A DNA stretch of 64,000 nt from Asterias rubens. Its lineage: Eukaryota. The notes below the pieces were generated by a model. That model ran no database searches. It saw only the letters and a program-made list of their open reading frames with translations, and was not told the origin of the DNA. The stretch spans positions 5,952,001 to 6,016,000 of the forward strand of contig NC_047068.1 in NCBI RefSeq assembly GCF_902459465.1, read 5' to 3'. Every line of letters begins with the position of its first letter. Positions within the stretch are counted from its first letter, which is position 1. The translations under genes were made by a program, and so were the position numbers. Below, piece after piece: positions 11,592-24,444 of this stretch.

Positions 11592-13483
11592 TTAGCCTAA
11601 CCATGCGTTGACGGGGCAGTTTTTTCTGGGGTTCTTTGCCCGAACCACGTTGTATTGACAGTTATCTTCATCGAAGATTGCCACGCACTTCTTCGTGTCG
11701 TACTCAGCAGGATAAGGAATGCTGTAAGGATATAAGAAGGAGAAACAAAGTTCAGAGGCGGAAGGAGAGAGGGGGGCTAGGCTCTTCGCACGTGACGTCA
11801 CCCTTTAACTTTCTCTACTGCTTTTTCATTTTGGAAATAGAAAAGCAACCTGTACTATCGCGCATTGTTCATGTATTTGGTGGATGCGTATAGTAGGCCC
11901 AAGGAGAAAGTTACAATAATCATACAAAACATGATGCAGAGGTACGCGCAAAAAAAGACCATTCGAACGTGACGTCACCATTTTCTCTACCGCTATTTAA
12001 TTTTGGAATTATAAAGATAACCCATATTACTATTATAGCGAATTGTTTGTGATGTCGGTGCGTAACATATGCGCAAGTAGAAAGTTACAGTAATCATAAA
12101 AAAATGATGTAACTACGCACAACGTGGACAGAACACAAGCTTGCAAAAGTGTTGTGGTGTAAACTGATATCGGGTTTCATGCTCATTTATAAAAACCAAA
12201 CGAAGCCAAATAATGTGAAACCGTACAACGTAGCCTACTCTGTGTGCCACTGTGACTAGACCGTGCAAGTCTATTCATTATTTTTTTTCCCCAAAAGGAA
12301 GGTGTAAAATTTGTCAGTATTTGGCTTCTTCGTCTTGTGAAATGGAAGTCAAGATTTCACCTCACGATTACACTCTGCGACAATGTAGACTACTCATAAT
12401 GCATCCGATAATATGCTGGCAATATTTCTACCTCCACATTAACAGTCACTCATAGGCCTTGTTAGTCAACGGCGCAGGTGGATAAAACTAAACCTAATGG
12501 CCTGCCCATTAAGTTAATCGCAGTTCTAGGCGAATGGAGGACTACTTCTCATTTCTTTCCCGATCTGATAAGAGAAGTAAGCAGCCACTGAAATATGATA
12601 GTATTTCAATCTTACTTGTAACAGCAGCCAACAGCATCACCTTTGTCGTTACATGTGCACTCGAGACATTTTGTTGAAGTGCCGGGAATGTCATCGTAAT
12701 ATGGACCCGGTTCGCAAGACGCTATTAAGAAAAATAACAACAAGATGAATTATTACAACTTTCTGGATGATGCTTTTGTTCTCTTTTATTTTAATGGTTT
12801 TGTTTTGCACGATGAAACAGTTCGAAATAATCGCCGAAAGACCACTCGGCACTTTTTACATCTGAGTATGTTTTGTTTCTTTTGATGGGGCTGTTATTAT
12901 GAACTGAGACCGAAGGTGGTCCATTAAGTAATTTTGACCATCACCATAAATCGCTTCTCTCCGCACAGGAGTGATAATAATTGACTTTCTACAGGGGGTA
13001 TCCAGGGATCTTTGGTCAAAGTTATACAGGATTTACGAGGCGTAACGTTATGCTCTGGTGAATCTCACTTCAATCCAACTTCTTGTTTCAAATTCAAGAT
13101 TTTGTAATTTGTCATAATTTGTTGATTTCGCATGAATGGACATTGTTTGGACGGCCTTTATTACTGTTATCCATCATCTCATTATTTATAACGCCAGTCT
13201 GAATAAAAAACTCGTAATAAATGAAGCAAACACCGTTTCGCTGGGTTGGATCATGACGGCCTGTGCGTATTCTGGCGCTTGTTGCTCGTGCGCATGCGTT
13301 GTTGTAATCCATTTGCCCTTTTGTGACAACACCCAGCCACCCATCACACTTGCCTGCAATAAGTTGAAGATTTATATTTTGTAAATGACGTGGTCATGAC
13401 TTACTTCTCATTTGGAAACAGGAGGCATTTGCACCTGCCACCAGGAGCAGAGAACAGGCCAGGATGATGTAAAAACTCGCCAT
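11592..13483 (-). CDS. Beta-microseminoprotein (MSMB/PSP94)-like secreted protein, paralog A, 104 aa; exons 13483-13405, 12721-12616, 11721-11592
   Basis: MASFYIILACSLLLVAGANA-SCFQMRTSCEPGPYYDDIPGTSTKCLECTCNDKGDAVGCCYNIPYPAEYDTKKCVAIFDEDNCQYNVVRAKNPRKNCPVNAWLG. Signal peptide plus 10 Cys with CxxCxC, CC, then x13-C-x8-C-x13-C spacing as in MSMB. GT-AG introns, phases 1 and 2. Confidence 0.88.
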
Positions 13484-13640
13484 AGGAACTGTAAAAAAAA
13501 AAAAAGAGGGATTTAATTCTCTTTAATTCTCTTAATTTCGATGACCAAGTCCAAGTTTTCGCACTGTAATTGCATGCATTATGTTTGGATACGGATACAC
13601 CAAGTGAGAATACCGGTCTTTGACATTACCAAAGGTTGCC

Positions 13641-13825
13641 AGCAAACGATTTCACGAAATGCTAGTATTATATCTCCAGTTAGGACGAGTTACTTACTCG
13701 TCCTAACTTTGAATGGGTTCAATGCGTCCTTACTTGTATGTACATGTATATACGGAACTGAACTCGTCATCAGTCCTAAGATTAATAATCCTAAAGTTAG
13801 GAAGAGTTTGGTGAAATCGACGGCA
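13641..13825. mobile_element. MITE family D (second copy 35928-36155)
   Basis: TIR (G)CCGATTTCACGAAA / GTGAAATCGACGGC; shared AATGCGTCCT and ATACGGAACT blocks. Confidence 0.7.
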
Positions 13826-14299
13826 CGGTGCCTTTAAAGTTACCCCCATCCATAACACGTAATAAGTGATTGTCCAGACAACTTGTCACGTCTCATTTTA
13901 CTTTATAGTAGTGCCACATTCTTAGTGTTGAATGTTAAAGGGGAACTGGTGAATGAAGAGTGAAACAAAATTTAAAGATTTTCCCAACAAAAACAGATGT
14001 TTGTTAAGAGGGGGGAGTCGGCTGTTGATCCACGCCCACGGCGAAGTGATGCCGAGTGAACGAGCCGAAACAGGGCGATGTGAATGCACCGAGACGGTAG
14101 AGGGCCCACGGACAGAAGAATGTCATACGGTCACCTGTGTGGCCCAAGATTATCGCGGGCTTTCTTAATAGTCAATGAAGTTTTCACCCAATGGCCGCAT
14201 ATAGTGTGACGAAAAGGAGGCTGCGTGGAGAATTGGGCTGATACCTTATTGGTTCGTTTCGTTGGCTTACACGTGTTTTAATAAGCAACACGAACATGA

Positions 14300-14480
14300 A
14301 TAACGACAGCGACACCGACGACGACAACGGCTGCTTGCAGTTGAAACTGCAACAGCAACATCAACATCAACATCAGCAACAACAACAGCAACAACGACAA
14401 CGGTGACAAGGACAACGACATCGAAAACGGCAACGACATTGACAACGACAACGAGAAAACAACCACAGCGACGAACACAA
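14300..14480. repeat. Compound (CAA/CGA/CAT)n microsatellite
   Basis: Direct reading. Confidence 0.85.
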
Positions 14481-14578
14481 CAATAAACCCTTCTCTCTCC
14501 CAAAACATATTAAGTTAACACAGTACAGTTTATAAGAAACAAGGTTCAACCCAGACGAAAGGGAAAGTGATATCCTAC

Positions 14579-14698
14579 CTTTTGTTTTGTTGACCAGCGA
14601 CAATTAGTTGAGAGAAGGAGAAGTCTTGAGATAGTATCTACTCAGAATGAAACCTGGAACCGTCTGCCCAATCCTAGCCGTCAAAATTCATTTTTATA
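14579..14698 (-). promoter_or_regulatory. Candidate TATA and non-coding first exon of MSMB-like paralog A
   Basis: TATAAAAA (14698-14691) and an AAG|GTAGGA donor at 14579. Coding exon 1 begins with an acceptor only 5 nt before the ATG, so a UTR exon is required. Confidence 0.4.
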
Positions 14699-16459
14699 CC
14701 GCTATGCAACCATCCGAGCAAGCCGCAACACCCGCAGTACAGAAATACCTAATGAGAGAGAGAGAGTGATATACAAAAATAAAGAGCCCAACTTAATTAA
14801 TTCCAAGACGGCTGGCAATATTATTTCATAATGCGGAAAGCTTAACCACTCGTCACGGGAGGGCGGTCTTGCGTCACCGAAGCGTCAGAGAAGCACAGTA
14901 CATTTCTTCACATCTGCTAATGCTGTAATGAGGTCCAGATTTGTTATTAATAACGGATGATGATAAAACATTCTCTTGCAACACATCCATCATTAAAGGT
15001 GTATTACATCAATGGTTTTTAAAAGATTTACCACCATGCGTTTTGTTTTATGGTTGTTATTCAAAAATTGTTTTGGTTAAATTGGCCATCACTGGCCAGA
15101 GACCGAAACAGTTTCGGCCGCCAAAACGCACCATGTGTTTACAGTATCCTCCGAAGTCTTCCATTATGGACAGGGTTGAAAGGCAAAGATTACCTTTCGT
15201 TTTGGGAACCGTTCGATTGCTGTAATCATATGTAAATGTCAGTATATACAACAAAATAAAACATGCGAACATTTTCATTTCAAATGGTCGCTCTTTAAGA
15301 TATCGCCGAAAATCCGGAGCAAATAATGTACACATAGAAGAATAATCCCTAGGACTACACAATCTTTTTACATGACCACATTATTTCGTAATATACCTTA
15401 TCGCAAATACCAATGCGCAAGCGCAGACTGTTGAATGAGGTGCATTGTGGGATAGATATGGATAAAATTTGGATACCAGCTAGACCACAATGCATCTAAT
15501 TCCAAGCTTTACGCGCGCGCCCCAGTATTTGCGAAAAGGTCTCAATGTTTCTCAAACTTGCTGTATACTGTCGGAAGCTGATGTAGGCTTCTAGCCAAAT
15601 TGTTTTAAGTGTCAATTGTTGAAAGAGCCTATTACGAACTGCACATTCCCTTTGACCAGGGCAACAATGTAAAGCGCATTGAGACAGTTATTGTGAAATG
15701 CATAATTTAAAAACTGATTACCTTTAACTGCAGCGCTACATTTTTTAATTGTCTCGTATGAAGGATGATAAACAGTGACTGTTTTTGATAGGAGAAAATG
15801 AGATTGAAGACAGCTTTCCCACCGGCACAGGAGCAGATGGGAGATCAAAATAAATCTATCATTTTAATTTCCACTGGTTGGTAAAGATAAAGTAGAATAG
15901 TGGTGACTAATGGATGTACGAAATAAAAAACGAATCTATCGTAAGAGTGAGGATATACTTTGGTGCATTTATATCCAATACAAAATTAAACGGTTTGAAG
16001 TAACACCAAGGAGTTGACACTTTGCATACGTGGTGAGATTCTGTTTGCGTTAACACGAAGGCCTAAACATGGGTAGAATTTGAAATGTTGATATGGTGGA
16101 GAAGGGTTTGCAGTTACACCTTGTGCTATATGATTTGAAACTTTGCATGGTGGAGATACAATCTTGCACTCTTTGCGGTAACACCACGTACATAGGCAGA
16201 ATTTGAAACTTGTTATGATGGTGATACAATCTAATTTGCAGCAGCACAGCACCATGTACAGCATGAGTAGCATTTGAAACAATGCATGTGGGGATCAACT
16301 ATAGTACGGTTTCAAAACGATTTTGGAGCGGACAATAGTATGGTGCCGTTTATGTTTATGAGCATTAGTACTTTTATTGCCATACATTCACAGGGAACAA
16401 GACAAGTATGGCCACAGTATATGTGCAAAGTATTTTATTGTCAGATGAATGCTGAATGC

Positions 16460-16840
16460 AGACAGTGGACAGACACTATATTGGTAATTACTCAAAATAA
16501 TTATTAGCATAAAACCTTACTTGGTAACGAGTAATGGGGAGAGGTTGATAGTATACAACGAAATAACGAAGTAACGTAGTTTTCGAGAAAGAAATAATTT
16601 CCCCCGAATTTGATTTTGAGACCGTAGAGTTAGATTTGGAGGTCCCGCAATCAAGCACTTGAAAGTGCACAACTTAGAGTGGCAAGGGTGTTTTTTTTTC
16701 TTTCATTATTATCTCGCAACTTCGACGACCAATAATTGAGCTCAAATTTTGACAGGTTTGTTATTGTATGCATATGTTGAGATACACCAAGTGAGAATAC
16801 TGGCCTTTGACAATTACCAATAGAATAGTGTCTAGTGTCT
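16460..16840. mobile_element. Family A MITE
   Basis: Same TIR and internal blocks (ACTCAAAATAATTATTAGCATAAAACC; GAGCTCAA; CACCAAGTGAGA). Confidence 0.8.
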
Positions 16841-17215
16841 TTAAGAAACGACGATATAAACAAATCAATCATTCGAAGTAAGTGTAAAGCCGTTAACCGC
16901 ATTCAAGCATGAAATTATATTTCAAGATTTCTCAAAATGTGTATTCCATGTTTTATTTCTGTTATTTAGACAAATTGGGATATTTTAATGTTGTGTCATA
17001 GATTGCTAGTTGTATGCAAGTCGCCAGACACACAAGGCCCGAAGGCCACTTCAAGGTGTGGGCCACAAATCAACAATTTTTCTAAGGGGCATTGCCACCT
17101 ATTCCTCGGGCTGAAACAGGGTTACCCCTTTGCAGTCCATCTGATGTAGGCTTGGGTATCAGAAAGCATTACCTCCCCGACACTTACGAAGCAATCGTAG
17201 AAGTGTCTTGCTTAA

Positions 17216-17590
17216 AGACACTGGACACTAATGGTAATGTCAAAGACAGTCTTCTCACTTGGTGTATCTCAACATATGCATAAAATAACAACCTGTGAAA
17301 ATTTGAGCTCAATCGGTCATCGAAGTTGCGAGATAATATTGAAAGAAAAAACACCCTTGTCACACGAAGTTGTGTGCTTTCAGATAGTTGATTTCGAGAC
17401 CTCAAATTCTTAACTTGAGGTTTCGAAATCAAATTCGTGGAAAATTACTTCTTTCTCGAAAGCTACGCCACTTCAGAGGGAGCCGTTTCTCACAATGTTT
17501 TATACTATCAACCTCTCCACATGACTCATTACCAAGTAAGGTTGTATGCTAATAATTATTTTGAGTAATTACCAATAGTGTCCACTGCCT
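17216..17590. mobile_element. Family A MITE (opposite orientation to the 16460 copy)
   Basis: TTAA-flanked; TIRs at both ends. Confidence 0.8.
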
Positions 17591-18375
17591 TTTAAGGACA
17601 CAAGCGCACGACCGGGACTCGAACCCACACTCTGCTGACCAGAAACACAAAAAGAAAATAATTATCCAAACCACATCAGACAATATGTAGCCTTCTCAAA
17701 AATGGTTTATTTTAAAGTGCTTCATCAAGAAAGGTGTTACGGTCATTGTTGAGGCATGTACACGTTGACCCTCGTTGACCCTCGTTGACCCTCGTTGACC
17801 CTATACATTTTAATGATGGGTGTTGGTGTGCTTTATTGAAATAAAAATACCTGTTGTTGTATATTTTAATGACTTTAACAAATTATATGGTGTTTTTTTG
17901 GTAAGTGACGAATTATCATGCAGATGTTTAAGGTAGCCTTCATGCAGCCGTGAACTGAATACGAACTTCGTGGGTGTTGTTCTCCTGCCAATCGTGGTGA
18001 GATTGGGACTGATTTAGTGGGCGTGTGACCGCCGGAGCTTTACCCCCGCTTCATGTGACACCAGGCTTGAAGGTTATGCAAGATTTATATGAGATGTACC
18101 CACTTTTTTGTCACATGTATAACCTTAAACATTTTTAGATTGTGTGTGTGGGGGGGGGGGGGCATGTCTACTATTGATGACCGAGGACTTTAACAAAAGG
18201 GATCCGGGAAAAAGTCACACCGGGGACAGTCCTCGGTAGATTTTGTGTACAAAACCAATGGGGGCGTCTGAAAAATAAATTATGTCCAAACACTGGGAGA
18301 ACAAAGAGAAGTCCTCGGTCTGCACCATAAACATGCCTGTGTGTGTGTGTGTGTTTGAATGCTTCACAATTTTAA

Positions 18376-18716
18376 AGGAACTGAACACTATTGGTAGTTA
18401 CTCAAAATAATTTAGCATAAAACTTACTTGGTATTTTGGTGACGAGCAATGGAGAGCTGTTGATATTATACAACATTGTGAGTAAAAAAACGTAGTTATT
18501 TGTGAAAGAGGTAATTTCTCACAAAAGCCTTTTATTATTCATATGAAAGCACACACATGCAAAGTAATGCAACAAGGGTGTTTTTCTATCCTTATTCTCT
18601 TGCAAACTCGATGATCAATTGAGCCCAAATTTTCACTGGATTGTTATTGTGCAAATGTTGAGATACACCAAGTGAGAATGGTCTTTGACAATATTACAAA
18701 ACAATGTCCATTGCCT
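18376..18716. mobile_element. Family A MITE
   Basis: TTAA|AGG...CCT|TTAA; shared internal blocks. Confidence 0.75.
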
Positions 18717-18739
18717 TTAACTTTATGTTTTAATCGAGA

Positions 18740-19330
18740 CCCGCTGCTTCGTAATCCGCACCCTGCCTTGAATTATATCAAGTTGTAATTAGAATTAAAT
18801 TTCTGAATAATATTGCAAAATGTATCCGTAATTGGTAAGTAGCCGTAAGTGTATTTGCGTAGTATTTGCGTGTGGCCGTGACCAGCCTTCTGCCGGCCTG
18901 ATTGCATCGCTGCATTGGCTCCCTGTTAAAAAACGTATCAACTTCAAAATTTTCACTCATGTTTACAAAATCCTCCACACCCAATCTCCATCATATCTGG
19001 TTGAACTTGTTCATTCCCAAAACTCCAATACTGCTGATGAATACAGGCAACGACTCCGCTCATCAGCTGATCAGACCCGGCTTTCCGTTCCTAGAACTAG
19101 ACGGAAAGCTGGGGATAGCTCATTCTCCATAGCTGCCCCTCGCCTATGGAATGAGCTCCCCGCGGGTCTGAGAGAGGCGATCTCGTTGCCTGTATTCAAA
19201 AGCCTCCTCAAGACATTTCTTTTTCCCCACCCATCCTAGTTTGTTTGTTTTTCTTTTGTTTTGTTGTCATAGTCTCATGTAAAGCGCTCTGTTCTCCGTA
19301 GAGCGCTATATAAATGTTTCATATTATTAT
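18740..19330 (+). mobile_element. L2/CR1-group LINE, 5'-truncated 3' end
   Basis: LHWLPVKKRINFKI...YL...RLRS...LSVPRTRRKAGDSSFSIAAPRLWNELP...FKSLLKTFLF is the classic L2-clade ORF2 C-terminus. 3' UTR has a hairpin (19283-19307) and a TAT-type tail. Confidence 0.9.
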
Positions 19331-19492
19331 TAAGTGATCCAGGTGAACTAGTAGTTATATAGATTACGATTGAAATGCGATCGTGGCCTTCATACTTACC
19401 TTTGTTACTGTGAGCTTCTAAAGGGACAGGTACAATATGATTATGTTCGTCCCCTATGAATAACATTTCATTTTAAATTTTCCTTCCGAATG

Positions 19493-19632
19493 GGAGACTT
19501 TCTGGGACGATAGAGGGCAGCAGACTTACCGGGTAAATCCATTGTTCTCAGAATTATGCGCATGTTCAGAACTACGTAAACAATGGAAATTTACCCGGTA
19601 TGTCTGCTGCCGCCTAGCGTTGGAAAGTCTCC
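19493..19632. mobile_element. Small palindromic MITE (copy 58601-58742; partial ~32905-32990)
   Basis: GGAGACTTTC...GAAAGTCTCC TIR; internal TGCGCATGTTCAGAACTACGTAA shared. Confidence 0.75.
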
Positions 19633-20885
19633 TATTGTTATTTCATTCCTCTCCGAATCTTTTTGTTTTTCCTTCGAAAATATGATGAGAAAGCGTATTG
19701 AAAGGCATGGATGCTTCGTTTATGAGAGGGCAGGGGCACCAAGGCAGTTTCTCCGTAATAAAGGGCACCCTATGGGGAAATTGTAATTTTATACTGTAGC
19801 ATTTCAAGGGCACCAAGGCACGGATCCGGTGGCATGGAGTGTGCCCTTTGCCAAGTCAGGTGAGTCGGTGCGGGCGCTGTTGGTGAGTTGGCCGCGCTGT
19901 GCGTGAAATGAAAACGAGAAACGTCTTGCACCAAAGACTACCGCGATCTAAGACTTGAAACTAGTCTATGTGTACATGTACATGAAGATGGGCACTGTTC
20001 TTTCGCTGGTGTCGCAAACGGTACGCTGTTTCCATGCAAGAAACAAATATGCTAATGTGCTGTACATCTACATGTATGTAGGGATGTACGTGTATTATAC
20101 ATGTATGTTCCCACGTTGTTTTATTGTTGTACCAACTGAAACGGTTTCATGTTTGAAACGAACGTAGGCCCTACTCGAAATTATGAATGTTTTTTTGTGG
20201 TTCGAGTAATGATTTCAATAATATGTGATAATTACCAAGCGATAGAAGCTCATTTTGGGAGCCCAATCAAGCAGTTTTGCATGGAATATTTGCCAAGTGC
20301 CTCAGTCGTGCGGCATACATTACTGCATGAACAAAGAACCTCAGACCATGGACTCGAGGTAGAAAAACCATGCCCATATAAAGCAAACGGAGTGCTTTCG
20401 CAATGCACTGTGTGCAGCATGCATTATTTGCATGTAAAAAGAACCCCTCATAAAAAAGCCAAAGGAGTGAATGCCCATCGATCGAAGGTCATTTTCTCTG
20501 AACATTCTAACAACCATCAACTGTGAAGTTGGGGCTTTTGGAGGTCTAGCGCGGTTGTTGAAAATTTTCATGGTTAAAGTACTGCCCTTTCAGCCAAAGA
20601 GCAAGGAAACTCGACTGATAACACGTAGTATAGGCAATATTATTGCCTATGCATTTACAGTTCAAATTTTACTAACCATGGATGGATGAAGAACTTGTAA
20701 AAAGGGCAACACGCATTTTTATGAAAAGGGACAGGTACGCCAGGTAAAAAACTAGCTGGGAATCACTCAAAAGATAAAGGTTAGGTAGGTTAATATATTA
20801 AAGCGATAATTTACAAGCAAGTATTTATACATCAAATTTATTGTTATCAGACAGTAAAACTTCATCTCTTTTTAGAATATTTGGT

Positions 20886-20901
20886 GGCTCTGAAAAGAGC
20901 C
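20886..20901 (-). terminator. Histone 3' stem-loop GGCTCTTTTCAGAGCC
   Basis: Canonical 16-nt 6-bp-stem/4-nt-loop 32 nt after the stop. Followed by ACCAA, then purine-rich AAAAAGAGATG (~20874-20864, HDE-like) and AATAAA at 20842-20837. Confidence 0.92.
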
Positions 20902-20932
20902 GGGGGTGTTGTGTGATGCTTAGAACCACAAT

Positions 20933-21550
<618 letters not shown>

Positions 21551-24014
21551 TCAACATTTATCAATAGGCTTGCATCAGCTTATTTGTTAATTACGTCATT
21601 GTTCGCGGGTTCTTATGACTATTGAAACGCGTCTTCATTCATCAGGCAGGGGTTTCGAGAAGCACTTTCTCGTAAGTTTTGAAAGAGGATTTTACACAAT
21701 TTGAAACATCGAAAATAAGGGACACGTTTCGGATCGGGCGAGTTGGTCTACGAAAAGCGTTTGAAACCGTTTTTTACAAAAACAACAACAACAACAACAA
21801 TATATTTTAAAGTAGACTCGAAAATACCAATCCACGCAAACTAAACGAACTAGCAACTGTCGGCCATGCATATTTTGTGTGGATCTTTACACTTTTAAAA
21901 TATCTTAATAACCATAGATTTTATGTATCGGCGTCGTATGTTGTCAATATATCACACCAAAATAATAATATATATTTTTGTTTTTTTCCGATTTGTTTTT
22001 TTCCACACGGTTTGTTCTCGTCCTTTTTTATCCAGATGTTTGTTTTTCCATTATAAGATAAAAACCAACGAGAATCGTAGACTTGCACAGTCGGTCCAAA
22101 CCAGTGGAATGTGTACCCTCAACCAACGAGTACTACAAAAACTACCGTGGCTATAAAGACGAAACATAGGAAAATCGATCAAATAAATCTGTGGAAACTG
22201 ATTTGCACTGCCTGAAATGACGTTACTCAGAAAATGAGCGAAACAAATCTCTGATGATCTTAGATTTGAGTAAAAAAATTGACTTGCTTGCTCGTGACGC
22301 TGCTTACAAATTGAACCTCAACTGTGTCACTTGATGTTGTGCCCTGGCATTAAGCATCACCTAAAAAAGGGAACATGTCTTCACTAAGTTACCTGTTCAT
22401 GTTTGTTGTGTTGTAATTAAGCCTTCGAAAAAGACTCTGCTAGTTAAAGTCGAAACGTCAAGCCATGTTTTTGTAAAGAAATAGAATTCAACAACTTTGC
22501 TTTTTAAAGGCATATAGAGACTCTAAGTAATTGCTCTGAATAATAATCACAATCATGAAAAAACTTACTGGCTCAAGTAATGGAGAGCTAGCTGTTGATA
22601 GTATAAAACATTGTGAGAAACGGCTCCCTCTGAACTTTTCGAGAACTATGTAATTTTCCACTAAAATATTTGAATTTGATTTTGAGACCTCGGCATTAGA
22701 TTTTGAGGTCCCGGACAAGCATCTGAAAGCACTGGACACTACTCATGTGACATTGTTTTTATCTTTGACAATTACCAGTGTTTTTAACAGGACTTTTCAG
22801 ATGTGAGACTAGTCTTGTTTCAAGACGCTCCAGTTGTGTAGGGACGAACTAGCAGGGGGTACTGGATGTTGCGTGTGTGGTGGGGTTGGTGGGCGCGATG
22901 GGGATGGGGGCTTTGTTCTCATTTGACTGTCCAGAAGGTGAAATGGGTTGGGGAGGGTTCGGGGCTATCCAGGTATGGGTGTGGCAATACGAATTCAATT
23001 AATAACGTCGTTCCCTTTGTTTTTCTCGAATCATTAGTCAATACAATCGAACATCACGCATACTACCGAACAATAGAGAGATGTAATGACATTGGATTAT
23101 TAAAAAAACAAAAACACTAACAAACAAAATAAAACAGCTTTATGGATGACACGAGAAATTCTTGGTATTATGAAATCGATTTGTTTTGAAATTGAAAAAA
23201 AAAAAATAATTCAGCTCTATCATTATCAACAGCAAATCAATAACGGCAATTGTATTTATAATCGTAACAACGTCATTGACACACCTAAACATCACACTGT
23301 TTTGAACAACAAAAAAAACAGGCCTTTTGCTTGAGATCGACAATGTTGTGAAATTTTGTCTTTTTTGGATCAATTAATGACGGAATCTAAACATGGTTTT
23401 ATCTGGGTTTTTTGTTAATGGTTTACCTGTAAGTGGCGGCTATCCGCTTTTTGTAACAATAAACAATAACAAATAAACAATCATATCAAGTTCCAAAGCC
23501 TAATTATAGCTATTTTAATGTCCCGAGTTAAGATCTGAACTATAGTATCCACAAAGGCCTATCGGCATCTTACAACATTGGTGTATACAGGGAACCCGAC
23601 GAAAGAGTAAAAAATAATGCGAAATATATCAACAAAATGCCTATAGGCCTAATAAAAGACAAAATAATAAAATGGGACTTTGAATCCAAATGATGGAGAT
23701 AAACTTTCTACAAACGAAAAGATTGAGCTTTCAAAATTCCCTTCAGGACCATCCCCGGTTACATTACGATCATTTATAACAATTACAAAAAAAAACACTG
23801 TATCCGACTTTAAATTGTAATCATTTGAAATATCGATAATATTGGCTGATTTATGTTTTGATATGCATTGATTAAATGGCATGAAGGTTGTTAGTTCGAA
23901 TTTTTCACCCTACCAAGGCGCCATGATTGTTTTCATTCGGCAGTATTTTATCGGTGAAGGACACTTTTAACCAACAGTAAATTTTAATCAATTACCAAGC
24001 TAAACTGTACTTAA

Positions 24015-24385
24015 AGACACTATAGACACTAATGGTTATTTCTCCACATAATTGGTAGCATAAGAACTTACTCGGTAACGAGCAATGAAGAGCTGTTGAT
24101 TGCTTAAAACATTATGAGAAACGGCTCCCCCTCTTAAGTAACGTAGTTTTTGAGAAAGGAGTTATTTTGTTACTCAAATATTAAAAGACTCCAGCTGCAG
24201 CTGATGTAGCCTTTTATTATGCATCTTTTATTATGCAAAGTAATGCAGCTTAGGTGTTTTTTTAATTCTCTTGCAACTTAGATGTCCAATTGAGTCACAA
24301 ATGTTCACAGCTTTTATCTTATACTTTGGGATACACCAAATGAGAATGCTGGTCGTTAGAGATTACCGAAAGGTGTCCAGTGCCT
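24015..24385. mobile_element. Family A MITE just 3' of MSMB-like B
   Basis: TTAA-flanked, TIRs and internal blocks. Confidence 0.75.
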
Positions 24386-24444
24386 TTAAATGTCTGAATA
24401 GTGCACTCTATGTTGAACTTTCACAGGGAATGGAGATGTTAAGA

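Noticed and set aside
13112-13343. Good-looking acceptor and ORF (KCDGWLG...) inside MSMB-like A intron 1
   Set aside because: It would give a 61-nt intron, no family cysteine pattern and no convincing donor; exon 12721-12616 completes the fold.
16000-16290. Faint ~65-bp periodicity (TTTGAAAC...GGTG.AGATACAATC)
   Set aside because: Too degenerate to define units or function.
17595-17650. tRNA-like B-box GGTTCGAGTCCC
   Set aside because: No cloverleaf or acceptor stem; it is a SINE head.
20149-20526. 125-aa ORF downstream of H3.3
   Set aside because: Starts with TTG, no domain signature, no splice context.
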